Part shown: positions 15,172-24,543 of the stretch, piece after piece
Layout of the letters: each line of letters begins with the position of its first letter
Numbering within the stretch: position 1 is the stretch's first letter
Origin: Oscillospiraceae bacterium
GTDB lineage: Bacteria > Bacillota > Clostridia > Oscillospirales > Acutalibacteraceae
Direction: 5' to 3'
Length of the DNA stretch: 31,554 nucleotides
Assembly: GCA_902774165.1 (NCBI GenBank)
Contig: CACYHJ010000001.1
Span: 1 to 31,554, forward strand
The notes under the pieces: generated by a model
What the model was told of the DNA's origin: nothing
What the model saw: only the letters and a program-made list of their open reading frames with translations
The model's database searches: none
Position numbers and translations under genes: made by a program

Positions 15172-17049
15172 TCACTTCAGAAGATCCGGCAGCATCAGTC
15201 CCATCAGGATTTCCGCGTCGGTCCAGCCGGATTCGCTGCACAACGGTCCCCATCCCGCGTCGTGGGGGCAGCCGTAGGCCTCGTTCAGCTCCGGATCGAA
15301 AGCGCGGAACCAGCAGCCGTCCGTTTTCGGATCGTCCGACCGCGCCTGCGCGTTCAGACAGAAGGCGGAAACGTCCCGCCACAGCGCGTGGAACCGCGGG
15401 TCTCCGGTGACGTTGTACGCGGTCGCGAAGCCGACGGGCAGCCAGTTGACGGAATAGAGCAGATCCGCCACCGGGTCTCCGTTTTCGGTCAGCACGGAGC
15501 ATTCGCCCGACGCGGTTCTGGCGCAGGAGGCCTTGTAGCCAGTATCCCATTCGAGGATCGCGCCGGAGGGGTGCCGGTGGCGCGCAAGGTCGTCGGTCAC
15601 GCGATACAGCATCTCCCGGTGGCGTTCCTCTCCCGTCGCCCGGTACAGCAGGGCAAGGGGCAGGATCAGCCGGCACAGTTCCTCCGTTTCGCTCTGCTCC
15701 CGGCGGGTGTCGGGATAAAGCGCCATGATGGTCTCAAGGCCGCGCCTGCCGACCGCAAGGTACCTCTCGCTCCCGCCGCACAGATACGCCGCCAGCAGCG
15801 CCGCGTGATAAAAGGCGTTATAATGGGCGGAAGGATAACCGTGCTCCGCCGCGGCAAGCGCCCGGATCTTTTCTTCATCTAAAAACGGCGCGTCCGTCCG
15901 CGGGTTGCGGCAGCCGTCCGCCGCGGTGGTTCTCACAAGGAAATCCAGCGCACGGCAGACGTCGGGGAACCGGTCCCGTTTGTTCAGATACAGGCATTCA
16001 TACAGCGTGGGCAGCAGGGCGCGGGCGGCGTCGTCCTGATAGCAGACGCCCCAGCCGGAGTCCGTCCAGCGCAGCATCCCGTCAAACAGGCCGCCCCTGA
16101 CCATCATGGGGCCGAACACCATGGACCGGAGATTGTCGGCAACCTGCGCGTCTTCCGGCGTGTGATTCCATTCCGCGTAAAACCGGAACGCGCCCGCCGC
16201 CTCGCCGGTACAGTCCGTGCGGATCGCATTCGCAGGAGTCTGAACGCCCTCGGGGGAGATATTGTGCCGTAGACCTTCGCGGATCCCGCCCCGGCCCTCG
16301 TCCACAAGGTACCGGCGCAGCCATTTGACGCCCCGTTCGATCCCTTCCCTCCGGCAGCGCTCGAACGCCGCGTCGTCGGAAAGGTCCGCATTTGTCCCGA
16401 ACCGCACGGGCGGCGCGGGAAACGTCGCGGGACGGCTGCCGGTGAGCCACTCGGCGATAAAGGCGATCAGCCGCCGCCACGCCGCCGTCGGCACAAACCG
16501 GGCGCGGGCGAAATTGTGCAGCTCGAAGGAGGACATCATCAGATTATCCCCGATCGTCCACAGCCCCGGCTCGCCGCTTTTCATCATCGTCTCCCGGTCG
16601 GCGTTCCATACCCGGTGGGCGACGATATGGTCCCCGTACATCAATAAAGGCCGCATCCCCGGCACGTTCTGCCAGGGGCGGAGCATCCGGTTGGCGCAGT
16701 CGTCCAGCAGCTCCCCCACGGCGAGGCCGGGCACGCCGCCCTCCGTTTCGGAATAAAGATTCACCAGCCGCCGGGTGGTGGTGTCCGCAGGGCCGGCGCA
16801 GTAGACCGGGCCGAAGCTTTCCGCCGCCTCGGCAAAAACGTGTTTTCCCGCCGTTTCATATTGCTCCTCCAGCCGGACCCGCAGCCGGGGATCCGCCACC
16901 CCGCCGCCGAAGAAGACGCAGAACGCGTCGAAGCGCGACAGGTCCGCGCCCAGCGCTTCATCAAAGGTCATGCGCGTGAGTCCGGCGCCGCAGGCTTCCA
17001 GCACCGCGGCGAAATCGGAGCTGCGGTCGTTTATCAAAAGACAGTTCAT
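15172..17049 (-). CDS. Uncharacterised protein with a probable (alpha/alpha)6 six-hairpin glycosidase-like domain
   Basis: 625 aa with RBS. N-terminal alpha/beta domain, then helical repeats (GEAAGAF, YQDDAARALL, AYLCGGSERYLAVG, YRATGEERH, YNVTGDPRF) typical of alpha-toroids. Function is inferred. Confidence 0.7.
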   Translation of the reverse strand: MNCLLINDRSSDFAAVLEACGAGLTRMTFDEALGADLSRFDAFCVFFGGGVADPRLRVRLEEQYETAGKHVFAEAAESFGPVYCAGPADTTTRRLVNLYSETEGGVPGLAVGELLDDCANRMLRPWQNVPGMRPLLMYGDHIVAHRVWNADRETMMKSGEPGLWTIGDNLMMSSFELHNFARARFVPTAAWRRLIAFIAEWLTGSRPATFPAPPVRFGTNADLSDDAAFERCRREGIERGVKWLRRYLVDEGRGGIREGLRHNISPEGVQTPANAIRTDCTGEAAGAFRFYAEWNHTPEDAQVADNLRSMVFGPMMVRGGLFDGMLRWTDSGWGVCYQDDAARALLPTLYECLYLNKRDRFPDVCRALDFLVRTTAADGCRNPRTDAPFLDEEKIRALAAAEHGYPSAHYNAFYHAALLAAYLCGGSERYLAVGRRGLETIMALYPDTRREQSETEELCRLILPLALLYRATGEERHREMLYRVTDDLARHRHPSGAILEWDTGYKASCARTASGECSVLTENGDPVADLLYSVNWLPVGFATAYNVTGDPRFHALWRDVSAFCLNAQARSDDPKTDGCWFRAFDPELNEAYGCPHDAGWGPLCSESGWTDAEILMGLMLPDLLK

Positions 17050-17073
17050 ATATTTTCCCTCTTATTCATTTCT

Positions 17074-18309
17074 TCAGAACAGCACCCGCAGCCGCAGGTC
17101 TGCAAGCTCCCGTTCGGGAACGGTATTGCAGGAAAAGATCGGCGTCTGCTCACCGTTCACCGACACGATCAGCCGGTCGTCCGAATACCGTCTGCCGTCG
17201 CTTTCCGCGACGACGGGCGCGTCGGGATCATAAAGGAACAGCTCCCGGTTGTCATAATAGCACCTCAGGCCCTCGGCGTAGCGCATCGTGCAGCACTGGG
17301 ACGCCTCGTAGCCGTTGATTTTCAGCACCGGCTGATCCGCGGTAACGCAGGCATTCGTGCCCGCGCCGCCGTTGTCCCGCTGGCAGAACTGAAGCCCGTT
17401 TGCCCAGATGCGCCGCGCGAGAACGCGGTAACGGTCTTCGCCCGTCAAGCGGTACAGCTCCGTCGCCAGAAGAAAGCTGTCCACCACCGCGCAGGGCTCG
17501 GTCCAGGTATCCTCCCTGCCGAACCAGTTGAAATTTTCATAGGTCAGCGTCATCCCGTACTTCAGGTACCGGTCGAATTCCCGCAGCACGGCGTCAAAGT
17601 ATTTTTTCTCCCCCGTCGCCCGGTAAAACAGCAGCATCCCCCGCAGACAGGTCAGGGACGTGTGGGTCTGGAAGCCACGTTTCACCATATCCGCCCGCAG
17701 AAAAACGTCGATCAGCTTCTCAAGGAACGCCCGCGCGCGGGGATCCCCGGTCAGGGCGTAATAATGGGCGACCCCATCCACACACATAAAGGCGCAGCCC
17801 ACGTCCGTGGAGAGCTTCCAGCCGCCGCTGCCGCCGCAGATCTCGCCTTCCACACCGCCTCCCGCGCAGGAGCGCTCCAGCGGATATGCGTCGTAAAGGG
17901 GCAGCGCGGGGAGATACAAATGCTCGAACGTGCTCGTCAGCGCCCGCATCGAAAACGCGTCGCCGAAGGTCTTCACGTGCTCCGCCAGCGCCCGCAGATA
18001 CCAGCTGTGCCCGGAGAGCTGCTGCTCGTCGGCGGTTCCCTCCGCGGGAATCTCGCCGAAAAACAGATACCGGTTCGTGCGCTCCGGCAGCGCCGACGTC
18101 ATCTGATCCATGCAGGGGACCTTCCGCCCGCTCATATGGTAATGGCACAGAAACGCCAGCAGCGCCCGTCCCTCCCGGTCGCCGGGCCAGCCGGGATTCC
18201 CCTTGAAAAGGTTTTCAAAATCATAGGGCGGCTGATGCAGACGAAGATAGTTTTTTTCGATATTCCGCGCCCCGTCCGGCACGGTCCGGCGCGATCCGGT
18301 CTTTGTCAT
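17074..18309 (-). CDS. Compact GH127-like cysteine glycosidase (beta-L-arabinofuranosidase family)
   Basis: ATG at 18309 (GGAG RBS). YENF...TWTEPCAVV and QCCTM match the E...ExC and CC zinc-cysteine motifs of GH127/GH146; helical LYRLTGEDRY repeats; 411 aa. Confidence 0.7.
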   Translation of the reverse strand: MTKTGSRRTVPDGARNIEKNYLRLHQPPYDFENLFKGNPGWPGDREGRALLAFLCHYHMSGRKVPCMDQMTSALPERTNRYLFFGEIPAEGTADEQQLSGHSWYLRALAEHVKTFGDAFSMRALTSTFEHLYLPALPLYDAYPLERSCAGGGVEGEICGGSGGWKLSTDVGCAFMCVDGVAHYYALTGDPRARAFLEKLIDVFLRADMVKRGFQTHTSLTCLRGMLLFYRATGEKKYFDAVLREFDRYLKYGMTLTYENFNWFGREDTWTEPCAVVDSFLLATELYRLTGEDRYRVLARRIWANGLQFCQRDNGGAGTNACVTADQPVLKINGYEASQCCTMRYAEGLRCYYDNRELFLYDPDAPVVAESDGRRYSDDRLIVSVNGEQTPIFSCNTVPERELADLRLRVLF

Positions 18310-18339
18310 GATGCACATCTCCATTGTATTGATGCGTCA

Positions 18340-18368
18340 AGTATAACACATCTGTTCCGGGACCGCAA
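18340..18368 (-). promoter_or_regulatory. Sigma-A promoter with extended -10
   Basis: TTGCGG-N17-TATACT with TGn. Confidence 0.65.
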
Positions 18369-18404
18369 GATTCGTTTTCTCCGGCACGAAGTCCGGCGGA
18401 CGAC

Positions 18405-18433
18405 TTGTATTCCGTCCCCGGTTATGCTATATT
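18405..18433 (+). promoter_or_regulatory. Sigma-A promoter with extended -10
   Basis: TTGTAT-N17-TATATT with TGn. Confidence 0.65.
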
Positions 18434-18475
18434 GGATCTGAGAAAACTTCAAAACAAAGAAAGGCAGGGTTCCCC

Positions 18476-19471
18476 ATGGAAAAACTCAGATTCGGCATCG
18501 TGGGCACGGGCACCATCGCCCACCGGTTCGCAAACGCGATCCGCAACACCGAGGGCGCGGTCCTGACTGCGGTCGCGTCAAGGACGCAGGAGGGCGCGCA
18601 GCGCTTCGGGGACGAGTTCAACATCCCCCACCGCTTTTCAAGCTATGAGGCGATGGCGCAGTCCGACGTGATCGACGCGGCATATATCGCCGTCCCCCAT
18701 TCGGGGCACATCGGCTGTTCCATGCTGATGATGGAGCACGGCAAACACGTTCTCTGCGAAAAACCGATGGCGATCAACCGGGGCGAGGCGGAGCGCATGT
18801 TTGCCTGCGCGGAACGCAATCACGTCCTGCTGACGGAGGCCATGTGGGCGCGCCTGGTGCCGGGCACCGTAAAAATGCTGGAGCTGGTGCAGGAAGGGGT
18901 CCTGGGTGAGATCCGCGCCGTGGAGGGAAAATTCTGCTATTCCATGGACGAGGATGAGATGGACCACCACGTTCTGAAAAATGAGAACGGCGGCGGGTCG
19001 CTGCTGGACGTGGGCTGCTACGGACTGAATTTCGCCAGCTGGTATCTGGGCGACGAGATCGAGCATATCAGCGCCGAGGCGGATTTTTACAACGGCACGG
19101 ACAGCCACGCCTGCGTGCTGCTGAAATACAAAAACGGCGCCATTGCGGACCTTTCCAGCGCGACGCTTGTGCGCAAGCCCAACGAGGGATATCTTTACGG
19201 CACAAAAGGGTTCGCTTATCTGAAACGCTTCTATGCGCCGCAGGAGATCGTGCTGGAGACCGAAGGCGGCCGGCAGACCATCCCCGTCCCCTACGCCGGC
19301 AACGGCTTTGAGGAGCAGATCGGGCATTTCTGCGACTGCGTGAGAGACGGTCTTGCCGAAAGCCCGCTGATCCCCCACGCCCACACGCTGAAAATCATCA
19401 GTCTGACCGACCGGATCCGGCAGCTGATCGGCGTGAAATACCCGCAGGACGCGCCCGGCGCCGAAGACTGA
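18476..19471 (+). CDS. Gfo/Idh/MocA family oxidoreductase
   Basis: FGIVGTGTIA Rossmann loop, HVLCEKP, TEAMW, GGSLLDVGCY; 331 aa. Confidence 0.92.
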   Translation: MEKLRFGIVGTGTIAHRFANAIRNTEGAVLTAVASRTQEGAQRFGDEFNIPHRFSSYEAMAQSDVIDAAYIAVPHSGHIGCSMLMMEHGKHVLCEKPMAINRGEAERMFACAERNHVLLTEAMWARLVPGTVKMLELVQEGVLGEIRAVEGKFCYSMDEDEMDHHVLKNENGGGSLLDVGCYGLNFASWYLGDEIEHISAEADFYNGTDSHACVLLKYKNGAIADLSSATLVRKPNEGYLYGTKGFAYLKRFYAPQEIVLETEGGRQTIPVPYAGNGFEEQIGHFCDCVRDGLAESPLIPHAHTLKIISLTDRIRQLIGVKYPQDAPGAED

Positions 19472-19496
19472 ACGCACAGAGAAAGGAACGGCAATA

Positions 19497-19892
19497 ATGG
19501 ACAACGGAACGAACCGGGCCGCGGCGAAAAAAGCCTGGGGCGATACCGCGGCGTATCGTGAATTCGAAAAGAAAACGGCAGGGCTGAGCGACGCCGACCT
19601 GTCGGACGCCGGGGAAGGCCTGATGAAGCTTCTCGCGGCGTTCGGAACGCTCGGAGAAAAAAACGCGTCTGCGCCCGAAGCGCAGACGCTGGTAAAACGT
19701 TTGCAGGATTATATCACCGCGCATTTTTACACCTGCACGGATGAGATTCTCGCCGGGCTCGGAAGGCTGTACACGGAGGATGAAGCGTTTACCGCAAGCA
19801 TCGACCGCGCGGGCGGACAGGGGACCGCGGCAAAGGCCGCTGAGGCGATCGCCGCGTACTGCGCAGGCAAAAACACAGGCTTCAGACCGTGA
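19497..19892 (+). CDS. Stand-alone TipAS antibiotic-recognition domain protein
   Basis: AKKAWGDTAAYREF...AQTLVKRLQDYITAHFYTCTDEILAGLGRLYTEDEAFTASID...GTA matches the TipA/Mta C-terminal domain. No MerR HTH; GAAAGGA RBS. Confidence 0.8.
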   Translation: MDNGTNRAAAKKAWGDTAAYREFEKKTAGLSDADLSDAGEGLMKLLAAFGTLGEKNASAPEAQTLVKRLQDYITAHFYTCTDEILAGLGRLYTEDEAFTASIDRAGGQGTAAKAAEAIAAYCAGKNTGFRP

Positions 19893-21618
19893 TCCGCAGC
19901 GCGAATATGCCGTCCCGGTCCGGGCGGATCGAATATTCCGTTCCCGCGAAGCCGGGATTGAGATTGAAGAAGGGCCGCGGAGCCGACGGCATGTCGCCCC
20001 GCAGGACTTCGGGGCGGACCGCATCGCCGATCAGCGGCAGAAGATACCGCGCTCTCTCCGCGATTTCCCCGCGGACGCGCCCCCGGACGGTCAGTGAATC
20101 CCGCCGGAAGACGTATTCCAGAAGACATGCCCCGGGACCCGGCATCCGTTCGCCCCGTTCGTCGCACAAAAAGGCTTCCGCGCGCACGGTGACGCCCCCG
20201 GCGTCCTCCGAGGCGCCGATCACGGCGTTCGGGTCGTAGTGCTGCGCGTAACGGACGGCGTCAACCGCCGCTTCGATCCGGGGACAGGCGCACAGATGCG
20301 AGGCCGGGTCGGACGGGAGCTGCTGGTTCAGAGGTTCCCGGATTCTGTAATCCGCCGCGCCGCAGGCGATCAGCGGACCGGTCTTCCGATGAAACAGCAG
20401 GCAGACCGCGCCGCCGGAGGCGTGTGCGCCGGGGAACGGCTGGTAATCGTACCCGCTGATCTCCGCAAGCCAGCCGCCGGTGCCCACGCGCAGCAGATCA
20501 AGCTCCCGGAACCGGGTGATCGCGGGCGGATCTTCGACAGGCAGCGGAACACGCCCGAAGTCGGAAAAACCGCCGTTCAGGCTCCCCGCCAGGGCTTTCG
20601 CGTGGCAGAAGGTATGGTGGACGCAGGGCTTTTCGCCGCGGCGGAAATAATCCGGGCCGCCGTAAAGCAGGCCGTCCCGGGTGCATCGCTCATATAATCC
20701 GGCGTTGCGCAGCGCAGCCTCGGCGAACACGGGGTCGTCTTTCCCCAGGGAGAAAAGCGCATCCTGACAGCCGTCCGAGGTCCGGCTGCCCCACCAGGTC
20801 CATTTGAACGCCCGGGAACCGGCGCTGTTGTCCCAGGCGCCGTCCGGCAGCATCCACAAAAGCTGCGCGCGCCAGAGCGTCCGGCACCGTTCCAGCGCGG
20901 AAGGGTCGTCCATCGCCCGGGCGTAACGGCTCAGGCAGGGCAGAGTCTCCTCCGGGTTGTATCCGCCCGCATCGACGGCAAGACAGCCCTTTGCGGTCCG
21001 CAGATCCAGGGGATGTCCCTCGCCGAACAGCAGATTGCTTTCGCTTGTATGGGCAAAGCAGAATTCCGCCAGCTCCCGCGCGAGGGCGCGGTAACCGTCC
21101 CTGCCGAAATACGCGCCCAGCAGCGCCATGGCGCAGGCGTTGGCGGCGTAATAATTGAGATAGGCCTGCAGCCGCCCAGGACGCAGGTTTTCATACAGCC
21201 ATTCGCCCATCCGCGACAGGCGCGATTCCCATTCGGTTTTTTCGGCGACGGAGAGCAGGGAGCCGTGAAAATACAACGCGTCGTGCAGAGCGATCGCCCC
21301 GAAGACGGTGACGCCGCGCCAATCCGACTTCGCGTCGTTGCGCAGGCTGCCGTCGGGGCAGAGCATATTCTCCCCCCAGCGAAACAGCTTTTTCGCCGCG
21401 GTCAGATACTGTGGTTCGCCGGTGCGCTGCGCAAGATACAGCAGCGGATAAACCGCCTCATGGCAGCGGCCGTGGATCATTTTGCACGCGGGACACAGAA
21501 TCCCGCCGTCCAGTGTCGGCTGCCTCGGCAGGTCGACCTGCAGACGGACAAGCGCGCCGCCCCACTGCCGCAGCAGCCCGGACAGCATGCGGTCGGTCGC
21601 TTCCGCGGATTGCATCAT
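19882..21618 (-). CDS. Uncharacterised protein, probable alpha-toroid plus beta-sandwich carbohydrate-active fold
   Basis: ATG at 21618 (GGAGG RBS), 578 aa. Motifs CPAC..IHGR, WDNS.GSR..KWT.WGSRTSDG.Q and HH.F.HAKALA; helical N-terminal part, beta-rich C-terminus. Overlaps the TipAS gene tail-to-tail by 11 nt. Confidence 0.7.
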   Translation of the reverse strand: MMQSAEATDRMLSGLLRQWGGALVRLQVDLPRQPTLDGGILCPACKMIHGRCHEAVYPLLYLAQRTGEPQYLTAAKKLFRWGENMLCPDGSLRNDAKSDWRGVTVFGAIALHDALYFHGSLLSVAEKTEWESRLSRMGEWLYENLRPGRLQAYLNYYAANACAMALLGAYFGRDGYRALARELAEFCFAHTSESNLLFGEGHPLDLRTAKGCLAVDAGGYNPEETLPCLSRYARAMDDPSALERCRTLWRAQLLWMLPDGAWDNSAGSRAFKWTWWGSRTSDGCQDALFSLGKDDPVFAEAALRNAGLYERCTRDGLLYGGPDYFRRGEKPCVHHTFCHAKALAGSLNGGFSDFGRVPLPVEDPPAITRFRELDLLRVGTGGWLAEISGYDYQPFPGAHASGGAVCLLFHRKTGPLIACGAADYRIREPLNQQLPSDPASHLCACPRIEAAVDAVRYAQHYDPNAVIGASEDAGGVTVRAEAFLCDERGERMPGPGACLLEYVFRRDSLTVRGRVRGEIAERARYLLPLIGDAVRPEVLRGDMPSAPRPFFNLNPGFAGTEYSIRPDRDGIFALRITV

Positions 21619-21652
21619 CGGGATCCCGCCTCCTTCTGCTTTATTCGCATTC

Positions 21653-21681
21653 ATTATACTTTTCTTTTTCCGTTCTGTAAA
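21653..21681 (-). promoter_or_regulatory. Sigma-A promoter
   Basis: TTTACA-N17-TATAAT. Confidence 0.75.
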
Positions 21682-21736
21682 GATATTTCAGATGAAAAAT
21701 AACGGCGCTCCTCTCAGCGCCGACGGGAGGTCTTTT

Positions 21737-22465
21737 ATGAAACTGCATTTTATCGGCACTTCTCACGGCGTGCCGGAGCCGGACAGACGCTGTTCTTCCT
21801 GTCTTGCGGAGATCGGCGGGAGCTTTTACATCATTGATATGGGGACGCAGACGATCGAGGACCTGCGCCGCAGAGGGATTGCGCCAGAGGCAGTGAGGCT
21901 TGTGATCTGCACCCATCCCCACGGCGACCACACCGACGGGCTGTTCTCGTTTCTCGACCTGATCAACTGGTATTACAAACAGGCCGATCCGCTGATCCTG
22001 CTGCCGCAGGAGCGGATGATCGCGCCGCTGCTGGAATGGACCTCCATCAGCTCCAACGGCAACCCGCCGCGGGACGGTCTGCGTCTGCGGTCCTACGCCG
22101 CGGGGGTCGTGTATGAAGATGAAAATGTGCGGGTGACGGCGATCCCGACGAAGCACTGCGAAGATTCCCATGCCCTGCTGCTGGAAGCCGAGGGAAAGAA
22201 GGTCCTGTTCACCGGTGATCTCTGCCGCCCGAGTGTGGATTTCCCGGAAGTCGCGTTCCGGGAGGAGCTGGATCTGATCGTCTGCGAGCTGGCGCATTTC
22301 TCCCCGGACGAGTGCGTCGAGGTCTTCGACAAAACGAAGGCGAAGCGGATCATTCACACCCATATCTACGAAAAACGCTGGGGAGAGGCGCTCGCCCGGC
22401 AGCTGGCCGCTCCGCACCCCTATCGTTACGGCGCGGCGAAGGACGGCGACGAGCTGAACGTATAA
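21737..22465 (+). CDS. MBL-fold metallo-hydrolase (RNase Z-like subgroup)
   Basis: MKLHFIGTS.GVP, IIDMG, THPHGDHTDG (HxHxDH), FTGD, IIHTH. GGGAGG RBS; 242 aa. Confidence 0.88.
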   Translation: MKLHFIGTSHGVPEPDRRCSSCLAEIGGSFYIIDMGTQTIEDLRRRGIAPEAVRLVICTHPHGDHTDGLFSFLDLINWYYKQADPLILLPQERMIAPLLEWTSISSNGNPPRDGLRLRSYAAGVVYEDENVRVTAIPTKHCEDSHALLLEAEGKKVLFTGDLCRPSVDFPEVAFREELDLIVCELAHFSPDECVEVFDKTKAKRIIHTHIYEKRWGEALARQLAAPHPYRYGAAKDGDELNV

Positions 22466-22470
22466 ACAAT

Positions 22471-22513
22471 GTAAATACTGACTTAACGGCGGAGCCGTTA
22501 AGTCAGTATTTAC
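22471..22513. terminator. Perfect 20-bp hairpin between convergent genes (terminator-like)
   Basis: GTAAATACTGACTTAACGGC-GGA-GCCGTTAAGTCAGTATTTAC. U-tracts are weak on both strands. Confidence 0.65.
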
Positions 22514-22624
22514 GCTCCCGGCTTCCTGCTTCCAGCTTCCGGCATGAATCTCGGACGCATTGCCTCTAATATAGCAACGGGCATCAAGATTACAATGCTA
22601 ACAGCTGGCAGCTGGCAGCTAAAT
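22514..22624. repeat. Inverted pair of heptamer arrays
   Basis: GCTCCCG/GCTTCCT/GCTTCCA/GCTTCCG (22514-22541) and GCTAACA/GCTGGCA/GCTGGCA/GCTAAAT (22597-22624). The two unit consensuses are reverse complements at 6/7 positions. Confidence 0.75.
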
Positions 22625-22954
22625 TCATCTCTCTCTTTTATACTTCGCGTATATCTTTTTATACGCAATTACCAGAATGGGAATCCCGCCCAAAGTTCCG
22701 ACGGCGAGGAAGGTCCCCGCCGCGTCAAGCCGGAAGATCCCGAAGACTGCGGCGCCCCAGAAGACAAGGGAGTATAAGATCCACATGATCCCGTTCGCCC
22801 GGTTGTAGGCGGGGATATCCGAGATCTCCCGTTCGCTGACGGTGCTGCCGGACCAGAACCACATGGGCTTTTTCCGCCGCATGGCGTAAACGCCGAGCCC
22901 GGTAAAAAATGCGCCGCAAAGGATCGTCACCACCAGCCAGATGATTTTATCCAT
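22625..22954 (-). CDS. Small membrane protein (about 3 TM segments)
   Basis: 109 aa with AGGAGG RBS; hydrophobic segments around a KKPMWFWSG...YNRANG loop. Confidence 0.85.
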   Translation of the reverse strand: MDKIIWLVVTILCGAFFTGLGVYAMRRKKPMWFWSGSTVSEREISDIPAYNRANGIMWILYSLVFWGAAVFGIFRLDAAGTFLAVGTLGGIPILVIAYKKIYAKYKRER

Positions 22955-23098
22955 GACAACGCGCCTCCTGGCTGAACTTTCCCCGGCATTCCTCGCCGCC
23001 GAAAAACGAAGGACCGGGGATAAAACCCGTTAAGTCTGAATTGCTCCGATTTGATTCCCGCAGAATCCGATCTTTATATTCAATGTCTTCGTCGGCTT

Positions 23099-23752
23099 TT
23101 ACTTCGCCGCGGTGGATTTCTCCTGCTTGACCTTATGGTCGATCACGTGGCGGGAGGCAAGCTCTCGGGTGATCTCGTCCGTGCTGATGCCCATTTCCGC
23201 CATCAGCACCATGAGGTGATAGATAAGGTCGGCGATCTCATAGACCGTCTCGCCCTTGTCGCCGCCCTTTGCGGCGATGACCACCTCGGTGGATTCCTCG
23301 CCCACCTTCTTGAGGATCTTGTCAACGCCTTTCTCAAACAGATAGGTCGTATAGGAGCCCTCTTTCGGATCGGTCTTGCGGCCCTTGATCAGCGCCATCA
23401 GCCCCTCATAGGTAAAGGGGGCGTTCCCCGATTCGAACACGGAATTGAAAAAACAGCTCTCGCTGCCGGTATGGCAGGCGGGGCCCTTTTTTTTGACGCT
23501 GACCAGCAGCGCGTCCTTGTCGCAGTCGGCGGTGATATCCACAATGTGCTGCACGTTTCCGCTGGTCTCGCCCTTGCGCCAGAGCTTTTTCCGGGAACGT
23601 GACCAGAAACAGGTGCGTTTTTCTTTGATGCTGATCTCAAGGCTTTCCCGGTTCATATATGCGAGGGTCAGCACTTTTTTCGTCTGCGCGTCGACGACGA
23701 TCGCCGGGATCAACCCTTTTTCGTCAAATTTCAGCTCGTCAATTTTGATCAT
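23099..23752 (-). CDS. hisIE: Bifunctional phosphoribosyl-AMP cyclohydrolase / phosphoribosyl-ATP pyrophosphatase
   Basis: [66 protein letters not shown] overlap with hisF. Confidence 0.96.
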   Translation of the reverse strand: MIKIDELKFDEKGLIPAIVVDAQTKKVLTLAYMNRESLEISIKEKRTCFWSRSRKKLWRKGETSGNVQHIVDITADCDKDALLVSVKKKGPACHTGSESCFFNSVFESGNAPFTYEGLMALIKGRKTDPKEGSYTTYLFEKGVDKILKKVGEESTEVVIAAKGGDKGETVYEIADLIYHLMVLMAEMGISTDEITRELASRHVIDHKVKQEKSTAAK

Positions 23753-24528
23753 AATTCTCTCTCCTCCGTTATCTGTCTGACGTTGATTCCGTTTTCGGCC
23801 AGCAGTCTTTTCAGATCGCCGATCTTCACCTCGCCGAAATGGAAGATCGAGGCGGCAAGCCCCGCATCCACCTTCGGCAGCGTCTTGAAAAGCGTAACGA
23901 AATCCTCGGCCTTTCCCGCGCCGCCGGAGGCGATCACGGGCACGCTGACGGCAGAGCACACCGCGTCGAGCATTTCGAGATCGAAGCCGTTTTTCACGCC
24001 GTCGGTGTCGATGCTGTTGAGCACGACCTCCCCCGCGCCGTTGCCGACGCAGCGTCTGATCCAGGAGATCGCTTCCATGCCGGTGTTCTCCCTGCCGCCC
24101 TTGGCGAACACGGTGAACTGCCCGTCTACCCGCTTGACGTCGGCGGAGATCACCACACACTGGTCGCCGTATTTTTTCGCCGCCTCGCATATCAGGTCCG
24201 GGTTGCGGATCGCGCCGCTGTTGACGCTGACTTTGTCCGCGCCGCATTTGAGCACCCGGTCGAAATCGTCGATGGTGTTGATGCCGCCGCCCACGGTCAG
24301 GGGGATAAAAATGGTCTCGGCGGTCTTTTTCAGGATATCGGTGAACAGCGCCCGCCCCTCGGAGGAGGCGGTGATATCGTAGAATACCAGCTCGTCCGCG
24401 CCCGCCTCGCTGTAATAGGACGCCAGCGCCACAGGATCGTTCACATCGCCGAGGTTTTCAAAATTCGTGCCCTTGACGACGCGGCCGTTGCGCACGTCGA
24501 GGCAGGGGATGATGCGTTTGGTTATCAT
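23749..24528 (-). CDS. hisF: Imidazole glycerol phosphate synthase, cyclase subunit
   Basis: [43 protein letters not shown]...GFD, IASGGAG, AASIFH. Confidence 0.97.
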   Translation of the reverse strand: MITKRIIPCLDVRNGRVVKGTNFENLGDVNDPVALASYYSEAGADELVFYDITASSEGRALFTDILKKTAETIFIPLTVGGGINTIDDFDRVLKCGADKVSVNSGAIRNPDLICEAAKKYGDQCVVISADVKRVDGQFTVFAKGGRENTGMEAISWIRRCVGNGAGEVVLNSIDTDGVKNGFDLEMLDAVCSAVSVPVIASGGAGKAEDFVTLFKTLPKVDAGLAASIFHFGEVKIGDLKRLLAENGINVRQITEEREL

Positions 24529-24543
24529 AGTGCTCCAGCTCCG

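Noticed and set aside
13120-18441. Long antisense or alternative-frame ORFs (e.g. 13120-15171 minus, 16840-18441 plus, and similar ones over GH42 and the his genes)
   Set aside because: They are shadow ORFs of GC-rich genes with no RBS or motifs and fully overlap well-supported genes.
22544-22777. 77-aa plus-strand ORF starting in the heptamer element core
   Set aside because: It has no RBS, runs antisense into the membrane gene, and shows no similarity to a four-helix-bundle or other known protein.
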